Source: Patescibacteria group bacterium
GTDB lineage: Bacteria > Patescibacteriota > Patescibacteriia > 2-01-FULL-39-33
NCBI GenBank assembly: GCA_041650895.1
Contig: JBAZKF010000001.1
Coordinates: forward strand, 573,181-637,180
DNA length: 64,000 nt
Direction: 5' to 3'
Shown here: piece by piece, positions 18,890 to 30,405 of the stretch
Layout: each line of letters opens with the position of its first letter
Position numbering within the stretch: the stretch's first letter is position 1
The notes under the pieces: generated by a model
Told to the model about the DNA's origin: nothing
The model's database searches: none
What the model saw: only the letters and a program-made list of their open reading frames with translations
Position numbers and translations under genes: made by a program

Positions 18890-20185
18890 CTAACGAATAT
18901 AACCCAAGGGATTGACTTGCGTGCCGTTAATACGCACTTCAAAATGTAAATGAGGTCCGGTAGAACGACCAGTGGAACCTTCAGCTCCGATTACCTCGCC
19001 CTTTTCCACACTTTGTCCAACAACCACGTCAATTCGACTCATATGGCCGTAAAGAGTGCTAATTCCGCCACCATGATTAATGATCACATTATAACCATAA
19101 CCAGTTCTGCCGTATTGGACGCGAGTAACTGTGCCTGAATCAGCGGCCCGAAGCGGTGTACCCCACGGACAGGCAATATCCAATCCGGTATGAAGCCAGC
19201 CCTTGTAATATTGAGAGATGCGATAACAACCGTTTGGCCAGCTCATACTGCCAGTACCCTGAACTACCACCTCATTATCGGCAGCGGTGCGAGCCGGTAC
19301 GGCGGCAGTAGTGGCCACGACGCGCGGCTTGGCTGTTTCAATAATCTTGGCACCGGGCACGATCACCAGTTTGCCAATAGTCAAATTGTCCTCACTTAAA
19401 GCGTTAGCTTCAACAATCTTAGCTTCGGGTATGCCATACTTCTTGGCAATTTTAGAAATTGTATCACCTTTGACCACCTTATAGACTACGCCACTCATTG
19501 ACGGCACAATCAACTTTTGCCCCGGTTTAACATAAGAGGAAAAAGACAGATTATTCGCCCATAAAATAGTATTAACTGAAACACCGAATCTGGCCGCAAT
19601 CTTACCGATAGAATCTCCTTGCACCACCTCATACTCCTGAATAACTCCGACTGTATTTTTGGCTTCATCAGTAGAAACCACCGGCTTGATCAAAGCTAAA
19701 TCACCTTGCACCGCCATTGACTGATCCGTATAAATATTATCTTGATCAACACCCTGGCTATCAGAATAAAAATTACCTTGCACATACAATCCCTGATCCT
19801 GATAATTATAAATTTTAGTATCATCAAAGATATTATTGGAGTCCTCAATAATCTCAATATCGCTTAAACCGGCTAATTTATAAACTAAAGCATTTTGTCC
19901 GTAATCTTCCTTATTCTCATAGGCTAATAAATTGGAAGTAACCACGCCGATACCTAACAACACTAAGAGAATATGATACAAATAGCGACTGGTTAAAAGC
20001 AATAAAAATTTATCAGTCCGCTGTGAAGATTTCTTGGTTAATTGTGACTTAAACCAAAGATACCTGCCGTATAATGGCAAGGTGACTGATTTAAAAAATA
20101 ACTGCCCGAGCGGCCGGAAGGCTACCACTGAACGACTTCCTGACCAGACTAAAACTTCACCTGACTTAAGCAAGCCTCTTAACAA
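18890..20185 (-). CDS. LysM-domain M23 family metallopeptidase (peptidoglycan hydrolase), membrane anchored
   Basis: Two LysM repeats (YKVVKGDTISKIAKKYG, YEVVQGDSIGKIAARFG) and M23 motifs HTGLDIA...HLHFEV. Confidence 0.8.
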   Translation of the reverse strand: MLRGLLKSGEVLVWSGSRSVVAFRPLGQLFFKSVTLPLYGRYLWFKSQLTKKSSQRTDKFLLLLTSRYLYHILLVLLGIGVVTSNLLAYENKEDYGQNALVYKLAGLSDIEIIEDSNNIFDDTKIYNYQDQGLYVQGNFYSDSQGVDQDNIYTDQSMAVQGDLALIKPVVSTDEAKNTVGVIQEYEVVQGDSIGKIAARFGVSVNTILWANNLSFSSYVKPGQKLIVPSMSGVVYKVVKGDTISKIAKKYGIPEAKIVEANALSEDNLTIGKLVIVPGAKIIETAKPRVVATTAAVPARTAADNEVVVQGTGSMSWPNGCYRISQYYKGWLHTGLDIACPWGTPLRAADSGTVTRVQYGRTGYGYNVIINHGGGISTLYGHMSRIDVVVGQSVEKGEVIGAEGSTGRSTGPHLHFEVRINGTQVNPLGYIR

Positions 20186-20439
20186 AAAAGCTAATAACCG
20201 CGTTATTAGTTTGTCCCATTGTCTCTTAATATGCTTAACAATTATTGTTATTTTACCTGTTTGATTATACCAAAAAACCAGCCTGAACGCAACTTAAAAA
20301 CCTCTTGACAACAGAGGGCTTATCTCCTACAATACCTTCAGTTAAGCGATTAGCACTCTTGCGTTATGAGTGCTAACTGATAAAAATCGGAAGTAAATTT
20401 CAGGCAATATTCAATAAAAATTATTAATAAAAAAACCAT

Positions 20440-20712
20440 ATGAACATTAAACCGCTGGGCGACCGCGTGCTGGTTGCCACCATTAAGGAAGAAGAAATGA
20501 CTAAATCGGGCATCATCCTGCCGGATACCGCAAAAGAAAAAAAAGCGGAGGGCGAAGTTGTTGCCGTCGGCGAGGGCGAAAAAGTATCCAAACTGAGACT
20601 TAAACCGGGTGATAAGATTATCTGCAGTAAGTATGCCGGGGACGAAATAAAAATTGACGATAAAGAATACAAAATATTGTCATCGGAAGACGTATTGGCG
20701 GTAATTGAATAA
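20440..20712 (+). CDS. groS: Co-chaperonin GroES
   Basis: IKPLGDRVLV...GIILPDTAKEK conserved. Confidence 0.95.
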   Translation: MNIKPLGDRVLVATIKEEEMTKSGIILPDTAKEKKAEGEVVAVGEGEKVSKLRLKPGDKIICSKYAGDEIKIDDKEYKILSSEDVLAVIE

Positions 20713-20823
20713 GCTAATCGTTAGTTAATTAATTATTGGTCAGCAATTGAATTAAACTGCCAACTAACAATTACAAACTAACAATTGAATAATAACCGCA
20801 ATCCAACAACTAAAAACTAATAA

Positions 20824-22485
<1,662 letters not shown>

Positions 22486-22518
22486 AAACATGGCAGATGG
22501 CAAATAGTTAAAATTAAT

Positions 22519-22552
22519 AAAGAAAGACCTCGGATAATTCCGGGGTCTTTTT
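22519..22552. terminator. Bidirectional terminator between groEL and small peptide gene
   Basis: agacctcgg-ataatt-ccggggtct hairpin with flanking T/A runs. Confidence 0.6.
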
Positions 22553-22567
22553 GTACTTTTATAATCT

Positions 22568-22693
22568 TTATGAATAGGACTTGCAGGCCGCCCTGCACGA
22601 ACACTTACCGCTGCCACCGCAATGCGGACATTTATACGTATGCTCTGGCCATTTTATAGTGCCACTTCCTCCGCAGTATTGATATGTAGCCAT
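22568..22693 (-). CDS. Small Cys-rich peptide (41 aa, 7 Cys; SCIFF-like/zinc-ribbon-like), candidate RiPP precursor
   Basis: MATYQYCGGSGTIKWPEHTYKCPHCGGSGKCSCRAACKSYS; strong RBS aaggaga 6 nt upstream; immediately downstream of rSAM/SPASM gene; manual translation (below ORF-track cutoff). Confidence 0.45.
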   Translation of the reverse strand: MATYQYCGGSGTIKWPEHTYKCPHCGGSGKCSCRAACKSYS

Positions 22694-22739
22694 ACGGATA
22701 TCTCCTTTTGTTGTTTTTTACAAACTACCCAAAAAATAA

Positions 22740-23897
22740 TTAAATCTCCCGCATGATTCTTTCTTTTATCTCTGAAAAAATTCTCTGATATTGCCGACAA
22801 TTATAATCCGGCTTATTTAATCCTCCATTCAAAATTCCCTGTAACGGACAACCGCCATTGCAAATCTTTTGATACTCGCATGATTGACATGTCTTGAGGT
22901 GCTTTCCTCTTGCCAATAGTGCTAATCTTGATGGATGATTTATAACCTGCTTCCATGAATCATTAACAAGATTGCCATATTTAAAACTACCGCTACCGCA
23001 GAAACGTCCGCAAGGATAGACATCGCCATTACAATCAACACCGATAAATGATAACTGGCAATTTTCAAAAAAAATACATTCGATCGGCCTTCCTGTCAAA
23101 ATGGGGACGATATATTTCCAAAGGGCAGCGCGATCGGTAAAGTGACCCTGATCAAGCCAATATCTAAATAACAGTATTTGGGAATCAGAATAATTATTCC
23201 CTTCAGTCATAATTAAATCATAGGCCTCGGCCGCGCGCCCGATCGGCGATACGGATACCAATTTATATCTTTTTTTCTCTTCGTGCATGAATTCAATAAT
23301 CTGTTCTATCCATTGAACGTTCAACCGACTAATAACCACCAAATAACCGTGTTGTACCTCATGTCGGGTAAGTATTTCCGAACCGCGTTTAATTGCTTCA
23401 AATGCCCCTTGGGAATTGGGGAATACTCGTGTTTTGTTAGTAATATCTCGAGGACCGTCAATACTTAAACCAACGCCGAAACCATGGTCTTTAAAAAACT
23501 TTGCCCATTCATCGCTAATCAAGGTGCCATTGGATTGCACCACATTGGCTATGTGATAACCGCCAGCTAATAATGGTTTTTGTATTTCCACCACTTGACG
23601 ATAAAAATTCAATCCGGCCAAAAGCGGTTCTCCGCCATGCCAAATGAATTTCGTGTAACTGTCAATCTGCCTTCCGACTATCTTCTCAATTATTGTCCCA
23701 ACTTCGGTAATGGTTAATGTCCTGGCTTTCGGATCTCCAGCTGAACAATAAACACATCTTAAGTTGCAGTTTCTGGTGGGTTTAATAACCACTGTCAGAT
23801 CTTTCATTGCTGTTTCCATTTTTTTTCTCCTAATCGCAATAATCGCCGTGACTAGGACCGCCAGAATCGTTATGGGCCTCATAATCGGTATGATCAC
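22740..23897 (-). CDS. Radical SAM/SPASM domain enzyme (anSME/peptide maturase-like); likely true start at METAMKD (about 23819)
   Basis: CNLRCVYC (CxxxCxxC) and C-terminal SPASM cysteines CQSCEYQKICNGGC. Confidence 0.75.
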   Translation of the reverse strand: MIIPIMRPITILAVLVTAIIAIRRKKMETAMKDLTVVIKPTRNCNLRCVYCSAGDPKARTLTITEVGTIIEKIVGRQIDSYTKFIWHGGEPLLAGLNFYRQVVEIQKPLLAGGYHIANVVQSNGTLISDEWAKFFKDHGFGVGLSIDGPRDITNKTRVFPNSQGAFEAIKRGSEILTRHEVQHGYLVVISRLNVQWIEQIIEFMHEEKKRYKLVSVSPIGRAAEAYDLIMTEGNNYSDSQILLFRYWLDQGHFTDRAALWKYIVPILTGRPIECIFFENCQLSFIGVDCNGDVYPCGRFCGSGSFKYGNLVNDSWKQVINHPSRLALLARGKHLKTCQSCEYQKICNGGCPLQGILNGGLNKPDYNCRQYQRIFSEIKERIMREI

Positions 23898-24054
23898 TAT
23901 GATGGTGCCACTTATCCTGAAACAATTGGGCGGTTCCGGGTGTGGCTATTAATGGATCAACTTCTAAAGCACCCATCTGTTTTAGATGTTTGATTAATTC
24001 TTTCAAATATGGATTTCTAACTCTTTCTTCTTTAATTTTATCAAGCAGCGGCAT
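23830..24054 (-). CDS. Small His/Asp-rich peptide (74 aa), candidate precursor/partner, translationally coupled to rSAM gene
   Basis: C-terminal WHHHSDHTDYEAHNDSGGPSHGDYCD; overlaps rSAM start region. Confidence 0.35.
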   Translation of the reverse strand: MPLLDKIKEERVRNPYLKELIKHLKQMGALEVDPLIATPGTAQLFQDKWHHHSDHTDYEAHNDSGGPSHGDYCD

Positions 24055-24202
24055 ACTATAACCTCCTATTAGTTGCTTTGTTTTTGGATTGTAAAAGAAC
24101 TCCCGTACACTTTAATATTATAAACAACCGGCTACCGATAATCCAATAAAAATTGATTAACTAACACTTTGCTCTAATTTTAAATAAAATACCTTATTAT
24201 TT

Positions 24203-25045
24203 TTGACAATATTCTTGTCATTTTATATGATGAAAGATATGAAACACAAAAATACCCCGTCTTTTCTGGAACTCCAGCCGGAAGAAACAAAAATCATTCA
24301 GGCGTTTAACGACGAGAAGAGTTTGACGCCGACTGCCCTGTCCCGCCAAGCCGGCGTCAAAAGAACGACGGTTAACTTCCTATTGAACAAATTATTAGAG
24401 CGGGGGATAATCAAAAAAACAAAAATCGGCGGGCACTTTGAATGGCGGCTGGCCGATGAAAACCATTTGGCGGAAAAAATAAATTCGCTGTACGGCTTTT
24501 TTAATCTGACTTTATCCAAGGCCTTAATCAATCTGCCGGATATCGGCGTGGAAGTTTTTAAAAGCCAGGCGGCGATTCTGGACGCTTACCGCCAGTCGCT
24601 GAAAACCAACAAAAACAGCCGCGTCTATGCCATCCAGGGCAACAAATCAATCAAAGCGCAAAAATCCCTAAGCTCTGATTATTTAAACGACATTCAAAAC
24701 CAATTCAAACAGAAAAAAATTATTATTGAAGGCATCGCCGGAGAAAGTTCGCTGGAATACTTCAACGACCTGCCGCTTTATTTGTTGAAAACTTATGAAA
24801 ACCGTCTGACCGTAATGTATTTGATCAGCGACGAACTGATTGACTTTGACCTGGATATTTTAATCCTGGATAAAGAAGTGATTTTAATAAACTTTGAGAA
24901 AAAAATCGTGGTTAAGATAAAAAACGACAGCATCAGATTGGCGCTTAAGGCGCTGTATGAAACCATGAAATTTTCCGCCCAAAAAATTGACTTGAATAAT
25001 TACCTGAAAAACCTAATCAAACAAAAAACGCCGCTAACCCAATGA
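24203..25045 (+). CDS. Winged-helix DNA-binding regulator with C-terminal domain of unknown function
   Basis: N-terminal wHTH (SLTPTALSRQAGVKRTTVNFLLNKLLERGIIKK); divergent from rSAM cluster. Confidence 0.45.
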   Translation: MTIFLSFYMMKDMKHKNTPSFLELQPEETKIIQAFNDEKSLTPTALSRQAGVKRTTVNFLLNKLLERGIIKKTKIGGHFEWRLADENHLAEKINSLYGFFNLTLSKALINLPDIGVEVFKSQAAILDAYRQSLKTNKNSRVYAIQGNKSIKAQKSLSSDYLNDIQNQFKQKKIIIEGIAGESSLEYFNDLPLYLLKTYENRLTVMYLISDELIDFDLDILILDKEVILINFEKKIVVKIKNDSIRLALKALYETMKFSAQKIDLNNYLKNLIKQKTPLTQ

Positions 25046-25126
25046 TTCCTGGCGTAGCGGCGTAGTTGGTTTTAGAATAAAACGAGGCGCCGACTGGATA
25101 GTCAGCGCCCCTAAAGGGACTAAAAA

Positions 25127-25561
25127 TTACAATGCTTCGATGGCTTGCCGCACAAAGAAACGGTCCTTCTCCTTCTCCGCCTCGCTCAACTCATCGTAGG
25201 GAACCTTCTGACTGTCCGGAGCCCAGGCGCCGTTCCGTTCCAGCCACTTCTTGTGCTGGATAGCGGACACGGCTTCAATGAAGTCATCATCCAAAGCGAC
25301 GTCCTGGTCAATCGCGGCCAGGACGCTGTCCACCGCGACTTCGGCGGCCGCCTTGTTTTCGGCCTGCCAGTCAGTCGGCAGTTCTTCGTAAAGCAACGAG
25401 GCGATGTCCACCTCCGCGATACCGCGTGCCAAGAAAGCCGGATCCTTGGTCTTCTTCATCCGCGGTTCGTTGCCCTTGGCGGCCCGATACTGTTTTCGCC
25501 AATCCTCATGCCTCGCGCTGGCCACTGCCAAAACCATCCGTTCAAACTTATCCATAACCAT
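25127..25561 (-). CDS. Hypothetical protein (144 aa), anomalously GC-rich
   Basis: ORF track; GC clearly above neighbours. Confidence 0.4.
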   Translation of the reverse strand: MVMDKFERMVLAVASARHEDWRKQYRAAKGNEPRMKKTKDPAFLARGIAEVDIASLLYEELPTDWQAENKAAAEVAVDSVLAAIDQDVALDDDFIEAVSAIQHKKWLERNGAWAPDSQKVPYDELSEAEKEKDRFFVRQAIEAL

Positions 25562-25799
25562 CTTTCTGACTCCGATCCCAAAGGATCTGCCGGGTTGGTA
25601 GAGTCATTTTACCGGCAAATGACAGTATAAAAAAACTGCTCCCAACTGACGTTAAACTGAATCAATAATAAACGCCACACCCTCTGTTGTCAATAGCCAA
25701 AAAAATACTTTTGAAAAATTTACCTTAAATTAGATAAATGAACAAAAATACCGCCTTAATCATGGCGGTATTCTACCGAGGGTCGGTCATTACCTAAAA

Positions 25800-26843
25800 T
25801 TATTCCAATTTTTTCAATATCTCTGCCAGTCCTTCCGGCAGATCGGATTGGTAAATCTTCTCTTCGTCTTGTTGATTTTTAAAACCCAGGCAGTAAGCAT
25901 GCAAAAACACCCGGCCCGGCCTGAGTTTTTCTTTCAGGCGGTTATTACGGTAAAGATTATCACCGACAATAGGATGACCTAAAGCCAAAAGGTGCACGCG
26001 AATCTGGTGGGTGCGGCCGGTTAAGATTTCCAACTCCAATAAAGTATAATTCTTGAATCTTTTTTTGACAGTAAACAAGGTTTTGGCTTCTTTGCCGGCT
26101 TCGGCGGCGACGGGGAAGGCGGCAAATTTGCCCTCTCCCGATTTGCCGCGGCCAATACGGAAATTAATCTCACCTACATCTTGGCCGACTCGGCCATAAA
26201 CCAAAGCCAAATATTTCTTGGTCAATTGTCTGGTCTTGAATAATCTTTTAAAATAATCAAAAGCGTCTTGGGTCTTCGGTATTACCATTAACCCCGATAC
26301 TTCGCGATCCAAACGATGCACGATGCCGGCGCGAGCCGGATCTTCGCCAATCTTTTTGATTTGCGAGTACTTGGCAATCGCCCAATCCATTAAAGTATGG
26401 GTTTCATTCTGATCAGTCGGATGCACCAAAAGTCCCGCCGGTTTTTCTATAATCAAATAATCATCATTATCATCAATGACCTTGATACTCGGCCAAAGCT
26501 GTTTATCATTCCAACCAAACCCAGATGAAACAAAAGAGCCCTTTTTGCCTTTCGTTGGCTTCTCTATTTGTTTGACGGGTTCCGCTGAAATAACAACGGA
26601 ATCGTTTTCTTTTAAAAACCGATGCACGGTGGGCTTATCATTATTTACTAAAACCGCTCCTGATTTGATCAGTTTCTGAATCTGCGACCGCGTTCGTCCC
26701 AGTTGTTCGACCAAAAACAAATCCAGACGTCGGCCTTGACTTTCTTTGCTAATTGTAATAATATTATTTGACATAAAGATTGTTCTGTTAAAAACAGAGG
26801 AGGAATTAATTGTGCCTAAACAAACACTGAATCCCGACATCAA
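25800..26843 (-). CDS. RluA-family pseudouridine synthase with S4 domain (RluD-like); true start probably MSNNIITIS (about 26774)
   Basis: HRLDREVSGLMV catalytic motif, N-terminal S4 RNA-binding region. Confidence 0.8.
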   Translation of the reverse strand: MMSGFSVCLGTINSSSVFNRTIFMSNNIITISKESQGRRLDLFLVEQLGRTRSQIQKLIKSGAVLVNNDKPTVHRFLKENDSVVISAEPVKQIEKPTKGKKGSFVSSGFGWNDKQLWPSIKVIDDNDDYLIIEKPAGLLVHPTDQNETHTLMDWAIAKYSQIKKIGEDPARAGIVHRLDREVSGLMVIPKTQDAFDYFKRLFKTRQLTKKYLALVYGRVGQDVGEINFRIGRGKSGEGKFAAFPVAAEAGKEAKTLFTVKKRFKNYTLLELEILTGRTHQIRVHLLALGHPIVGDNLYRNNRLKEKLRPGRVFLHAYCLGFKNQQDEEKIYQSDLPEGLAEILKKLE

Positions 26844-27111
26844 AATCGGTTGTTACTATTTCCAAATCACCTCTAACGCCAGAACCGGCAATATCCTTTG
26901 GGTCACTGCCATTGATCAGCTTAGAGGACTCTATATCTGCGATATTCTTAATGTGCACGACTACAAAGTCTACGCTGATAAGATGGTTCCCTTAGAAAAC
27001 ATTGACCCCACCTGTACCGTACCAAAAGAGACCAAGCAAATAATCGAAGAAAAAATCCGGCAGTCTCTGGAGCGGCGTCTCGCCGACATAAAAAAATTCT
27101 TCAAGCGATAA
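26812..27111 (+). CDS. Hypothetical protein (~100 aa, GTG start after RBS ggagga)
   Basis: ORF track 26746..27111 trimmed to RBS-supported start. Confidence 0.3.
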   Translation: MPKQTLNPDIKIGCYYFQITSNARTGNILWVTAIDQLRGLYICDILNVHDYKVYADKMVPLENIDPTCTVPKETKQIIEEKIRQSLERRLADIKKFFKR

Positions 27112-27153
27112 ACAGCACTTTCATAACTCGGTTCCGGCCGAGTTTTTTAATCT

Positions 27154-28692
27154 CTAAGCATCATCACCGGGACTGACGCGGTGTAAATTTCTTTTTCTTT
27201 CTTCGTCATAAAACTTCACATCCGGATTAAGTTGCTTTAATTCTTCATCAGACAATCCCTGCAGTTTCTTGGCCCGTTTAATCAAATACTCATGATCATT
27301 GTTCTTGGGTTCTTCCAATACTTCTCCTAACAAAGCATTCAAGATTAAGCCGACGCGCGGTCCAGGATCAATACCCAAAGTTTCCATTAACTCATCGCCC
27401 TTAAGTTTTAACATTTTAGGCGTAATCGGATCCAACTGCACTTCTTTAAACCGGCGCTCCAATTGAATCAGTTTCCAGGGTTTGGCCTTGGGTCGGCCCA
27501 TGCCCAGGCGGTCGCAAATACGCACGGCGATAAAATCATCAATATGTTCTTTGCCCAGCCGTGCCAATAATCGACGTACACCGGCATCAGAGACAGTATC
27601 CAAAGCATAATAAAACATATGATAACGAACCAGATGAGTGGCATAATCCACAATCTCATTAGAATAATTCAGACGGCGCAGAATTTTTTTAGCAATTTTA
27701 GAGCCGACAATGTCGTGATTGTAAAAAGTTGCTTTAGGGCCATCACCTTCCTTGGTTTGCGGTTTACCGATGTCATGAAAAAGCGCGGCCAAGCGGACTT
27801 CCAGTTTGAAACCGCGGTCAGCTCCGGCCTGAACTGCTCGGACGCTATGTTCAAAAACATCATAGATATGATGCAAATTTTGCGTCACGCCATAGGCGGC
27901 GGATAATTCCGGAATCAAAACCTGGAGTAAGCCGATATCTTGCATCATCCTGATACCTTTTTCCGGACTGTCGGACATGACAATCTTAGTGAATTCTTCA
28001 TTAATTCGCTCCGGCGCGATGGTTTTGATTTTTTGCGCTTTAGCTTTTATAGTTTCATAAGTAGCTGACTCCAAGACAAGATCAAGCTGGCAAACAAAAC
28101 GGATACCGCGCAACATGCGGGTATAATCCTCCTGAAATCTTTGCGCCGGATCACCAATGGCTCGAAGTATTTTGTTTTTTAAATCCTGCAAGCCGCCGAA
28201 CTCGTCAATTATCTTACCGAGCGTCAAATCCCAAGCCAAAGCATTGACGGTAAAATCGCGACGTGATAAGTCAGCCTCGATCGGCAGACTCGGATCACTC
28301 TGCACTGTGAAATCCTTATAGCCGCCACTCATGCCCGCCACCTCAGTACGTGGCAAAGCAATATCAATTGCTTCGAAATTATTCTCGCCGACATGGAATC
28401 CTTCTGGTACGAATTTGAATACGCCGAAACTTTTACCCACCAAATCAACTTCACCTAACGAGCTGAAAAATTCTTCTACTATCTTAGCGGACGCGCCGGC
28501 AATGACGAAATCATAGTCCTTAGTAATACGCTCCAACAAAATATCGCGCACCGCGCCACCCACCAAGTAAATCCTTGCCTCCGGATACTGCTTAATAAAT
28601 TTTTTAATGAATGCAAACTCAGGCAAGCTCAGAGCCGCCTTCTGCCAATTCTTCAATTTTGTCATCGCTTTATCCATAACTACATTATACAA
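27154..28692 (-). CDS. cca: CCA-adding tRNA nucleotidyltransferase with HD domain
   Basis: LVGGAVRD, RRDFTVNA, DPAQRFQED head-domain motifs; HD region LFHDIGK. Confidence 0.75.
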   Translation of the reverse strand: MYNVVMDKAMTKLKNWQKAALSLPEFAFIKKFIKQYPEARIYLVGGAVRDILLERITKDYDFVIAGASAKIVEEFFSSLGEVDLVGKSFGVFKFVPEGFHVGENNFEAIDIALPRTEVAGMSGGYKDFTVQSDPSLPIEADLSRRDFTVNALAWDLTLGKIIDEFGGLQDLKNKILRAIGDPAQRFQEDYTRMLRGIRFVCQLDLVLESATYETIKAKAQKIKTIAPERINEEFTKIVMSDSPEKGIRMMQDIGLLQVLIPELSAAYGVTQNLHHIYDVFEHSVRAVQAGADRGFKLEVRLAALFHDIGKPQTKEGDGPKATFYNHDIVGSKIAKKILRRLNYSNEIVDYATHLVRYHMFYYALDTVSDAGVRRLLARLGKEHIDDFIAVRICDRLGMGRPKAKPWKLIQLERRFKEVQLDPITPKMLKLKGDELMETLGIDPGPRVGLILNALLGEVLEEPKNNDHEYLIKRAKKLQGLSDEELKQLNPDVKFYDEERKRNLHRVSPGDDA

Positions 28693-28841
28693 TACATTAG
28701 ATAGAAGATAAATTTTAGCTTAATTTTGACAAAAAGTCAACCTTGGTACTTGAATAATAAACCTTTTTTTGTTAGTATTCCTTTTAGTTGCATTTGTCTT
28801 GACTTTTGACTTTGCGGACTTTCAGCTTTATAAACTGTTTC

Positions 28842-28914
28842 GGGCCTGTAGCTCAGGGGTTAGAGCGCTACCCTTATAAGGTAGATGTCGATGGTTCAAA
28901 TCCATCCAGGCCTA
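28842..28914 (+). tRNA. tRNA-Ile (anticodon UAU, AUA-decoding)
   Basis: Backbone nearly identical to canonical tRNA-Ile(GAU) but anticodon loop cttataa; acceptor gggcctg/caggcct; no CCA encoded. Confidence 0.7.
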
Positions 28915-29115
28915 CTAAGAGAACCTTTTCAAACCACAGACAGAAAAAGAAAGGTTAATCTTATTTGCTTGTCTATATATTACTCTGATTGTTGCCAGCC
29001 ACCGAGGGAGTTTTTAGAGTAACCAACCGTCCTTCTTGAAGAGAGTTAATGAATTAGTAGATTATATAGAAAACGAGGTAAAAATAAGTGGATCATAAAA
29101 ATTTTTTGAGATAAA

Positions 29116-29147
29116 AAAACGAAGTTCAAAAACTCCGTTTTTATTTT
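29116..29147. terminator. Terminator hairpin upstream of tRNA-Val
   Basis: aaaaacgaag-ttcaaaaa-cttcgtttttatttt. Confidence 0.5.
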
Positions 29148-29150
29148 ATG

Positions 29151-29224
29151 TGGGCAATAGTGGATTCGAACCACTGACCTTCTCGACGTCAACGAGACGC
29201 TCTAACCAACTGAGCTAATTGCCC
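29151..29224 (-). tRNA. tRNA-Val (anticodon GAC)
   Basis: Acceptor gggcaat/attgccc, anticodon loop ttgacgt, T-loop ttcgaat. Confidence 0.85.
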
Positions 29225-29324
29225 TCAAAAACAATAGTATACTATCATATTAATCAAAATCTGTAAAGCATTGACAAGGAATCGCAAATTAACTAAAATA
29301 TAATCAAAATAACAACAATAATCT

Positions 29325-30260
29325 ATGAAATGCTTAGTAACTGGCGGCGCCGGATTTATTGGTTCCAACCTGGTTGATGAATTAATCAGCCAAGGACACG
29401 AAGTGACCATCTTGGACAATCTTTCTACTGGACTGAAAGAAAACATCAACCCGGCCGCCAGATTGATTGAAGCGGATATTAGAGATCTGGAGGCCATCCG
29501 TTCCGCCTTCATCGGCCAGGACTGGGTGTTTCATTTGGCCGCTCTGCCCCGCGTTCAGTTGTCTATCGAAAATCCGATCACTGCGCATGATATCAACATT
29601 AATGGTACGCTTAATGTTTTGGTGGCGGCGCGCGATGCCAAGGTCAAAAAATTAATCTATTCCGCTTCCTCTTCGGCTTACGGCAATCAAGACACTATGC
29701 CCTTGCAAGAGACCATGTTGCCCTCGCCCATCAGCCCCTATGCTGTCCAAAAATACGTCGGTGAACATTACGCCAGAAATTTTTCTTTGCTTTACGGCTT
29801 GCCCACCGTCTCTTTAAGATATTTCAATGCCTACGGTCCGCGCCTGGCCATGTCCGGAGGTTATGTGACCGTTATTGCCGTCTTCTTACAGCAGAAACGC
29901 GACGGCAAAACTATGACCATCACCGGTGATGGCACGCAGACACGCGATTTCACTTATGTCGGTGATATTGTCCGCGCCAATGTCCTGGCGGCACAAAGCG
30001 ACAAAGTCGGCCAAGGCGAGGTAATCAATATCGGCGGTGGCCAAAACTATTCCGTCAACGCTATCGCGCAAAAAATCGGCGGGATCGCTGACTACCTGCC
30101 ACCGCGCATTGAACCGCATGACACTTTGGCGGATATTTCCCGCGCCAGAGAATTGATCAGCTGGGAACCGCAAATCGGCATTGACGACGGCCTAAAAAAT
30201 ACGATTGTCTGGTTCGTAGATGACGCCAGAAAAAAGTTAGCAGAGAGATTCGGCTTATGA
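29325..30260 (+). CDS. NAD-dependent epimerase/dehydratase (UDP-sugar 4-epimerase/decarboxylase family)
   Basis: VTGGAGFIGSNLV Rossmann motif, YxxxK (YAVQKYVGE). Confidence 0.85.
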   Translation: MKCLVTGGAGFIGSNLVDELISQGHEVTILDNLSTGLKENINPAARLIEADIRDLEAIRSAFIGQDWVFHLAALPRVQLSIENPITAHDININGTLNVLVAARDAKVKKLIYSASSSAYGNQDTMPLQETMLPSPISPYAVQKYVGEHYARNFSLLYGLPTVSLRYFNAYGPRLAMSGGYVTVIAVFLQQKRDGKTMTITGDGTQTRDFTYVGDIVRANVLAAQSDKVGQGEVINIGGGQNYSVNAIAQKIGGIADYLPPRIEPHDTLADISRARELISWEPQIGIDDGLKNTIVWFVDDARKKLAERFGL

Positions 30261-30405
30261 AAATACAATAACTACTAAAAACATCCGCTCAGGCGGATGT
30301 TTTCTATTGACAAAAAAGAAATAACATGATAAGCTGTCTTTTCAAGCTCTTTATATTACGACTGAATCATAAAATCAACCTCCCAACTGAAAAAAGGAGA
30401 TAGTC

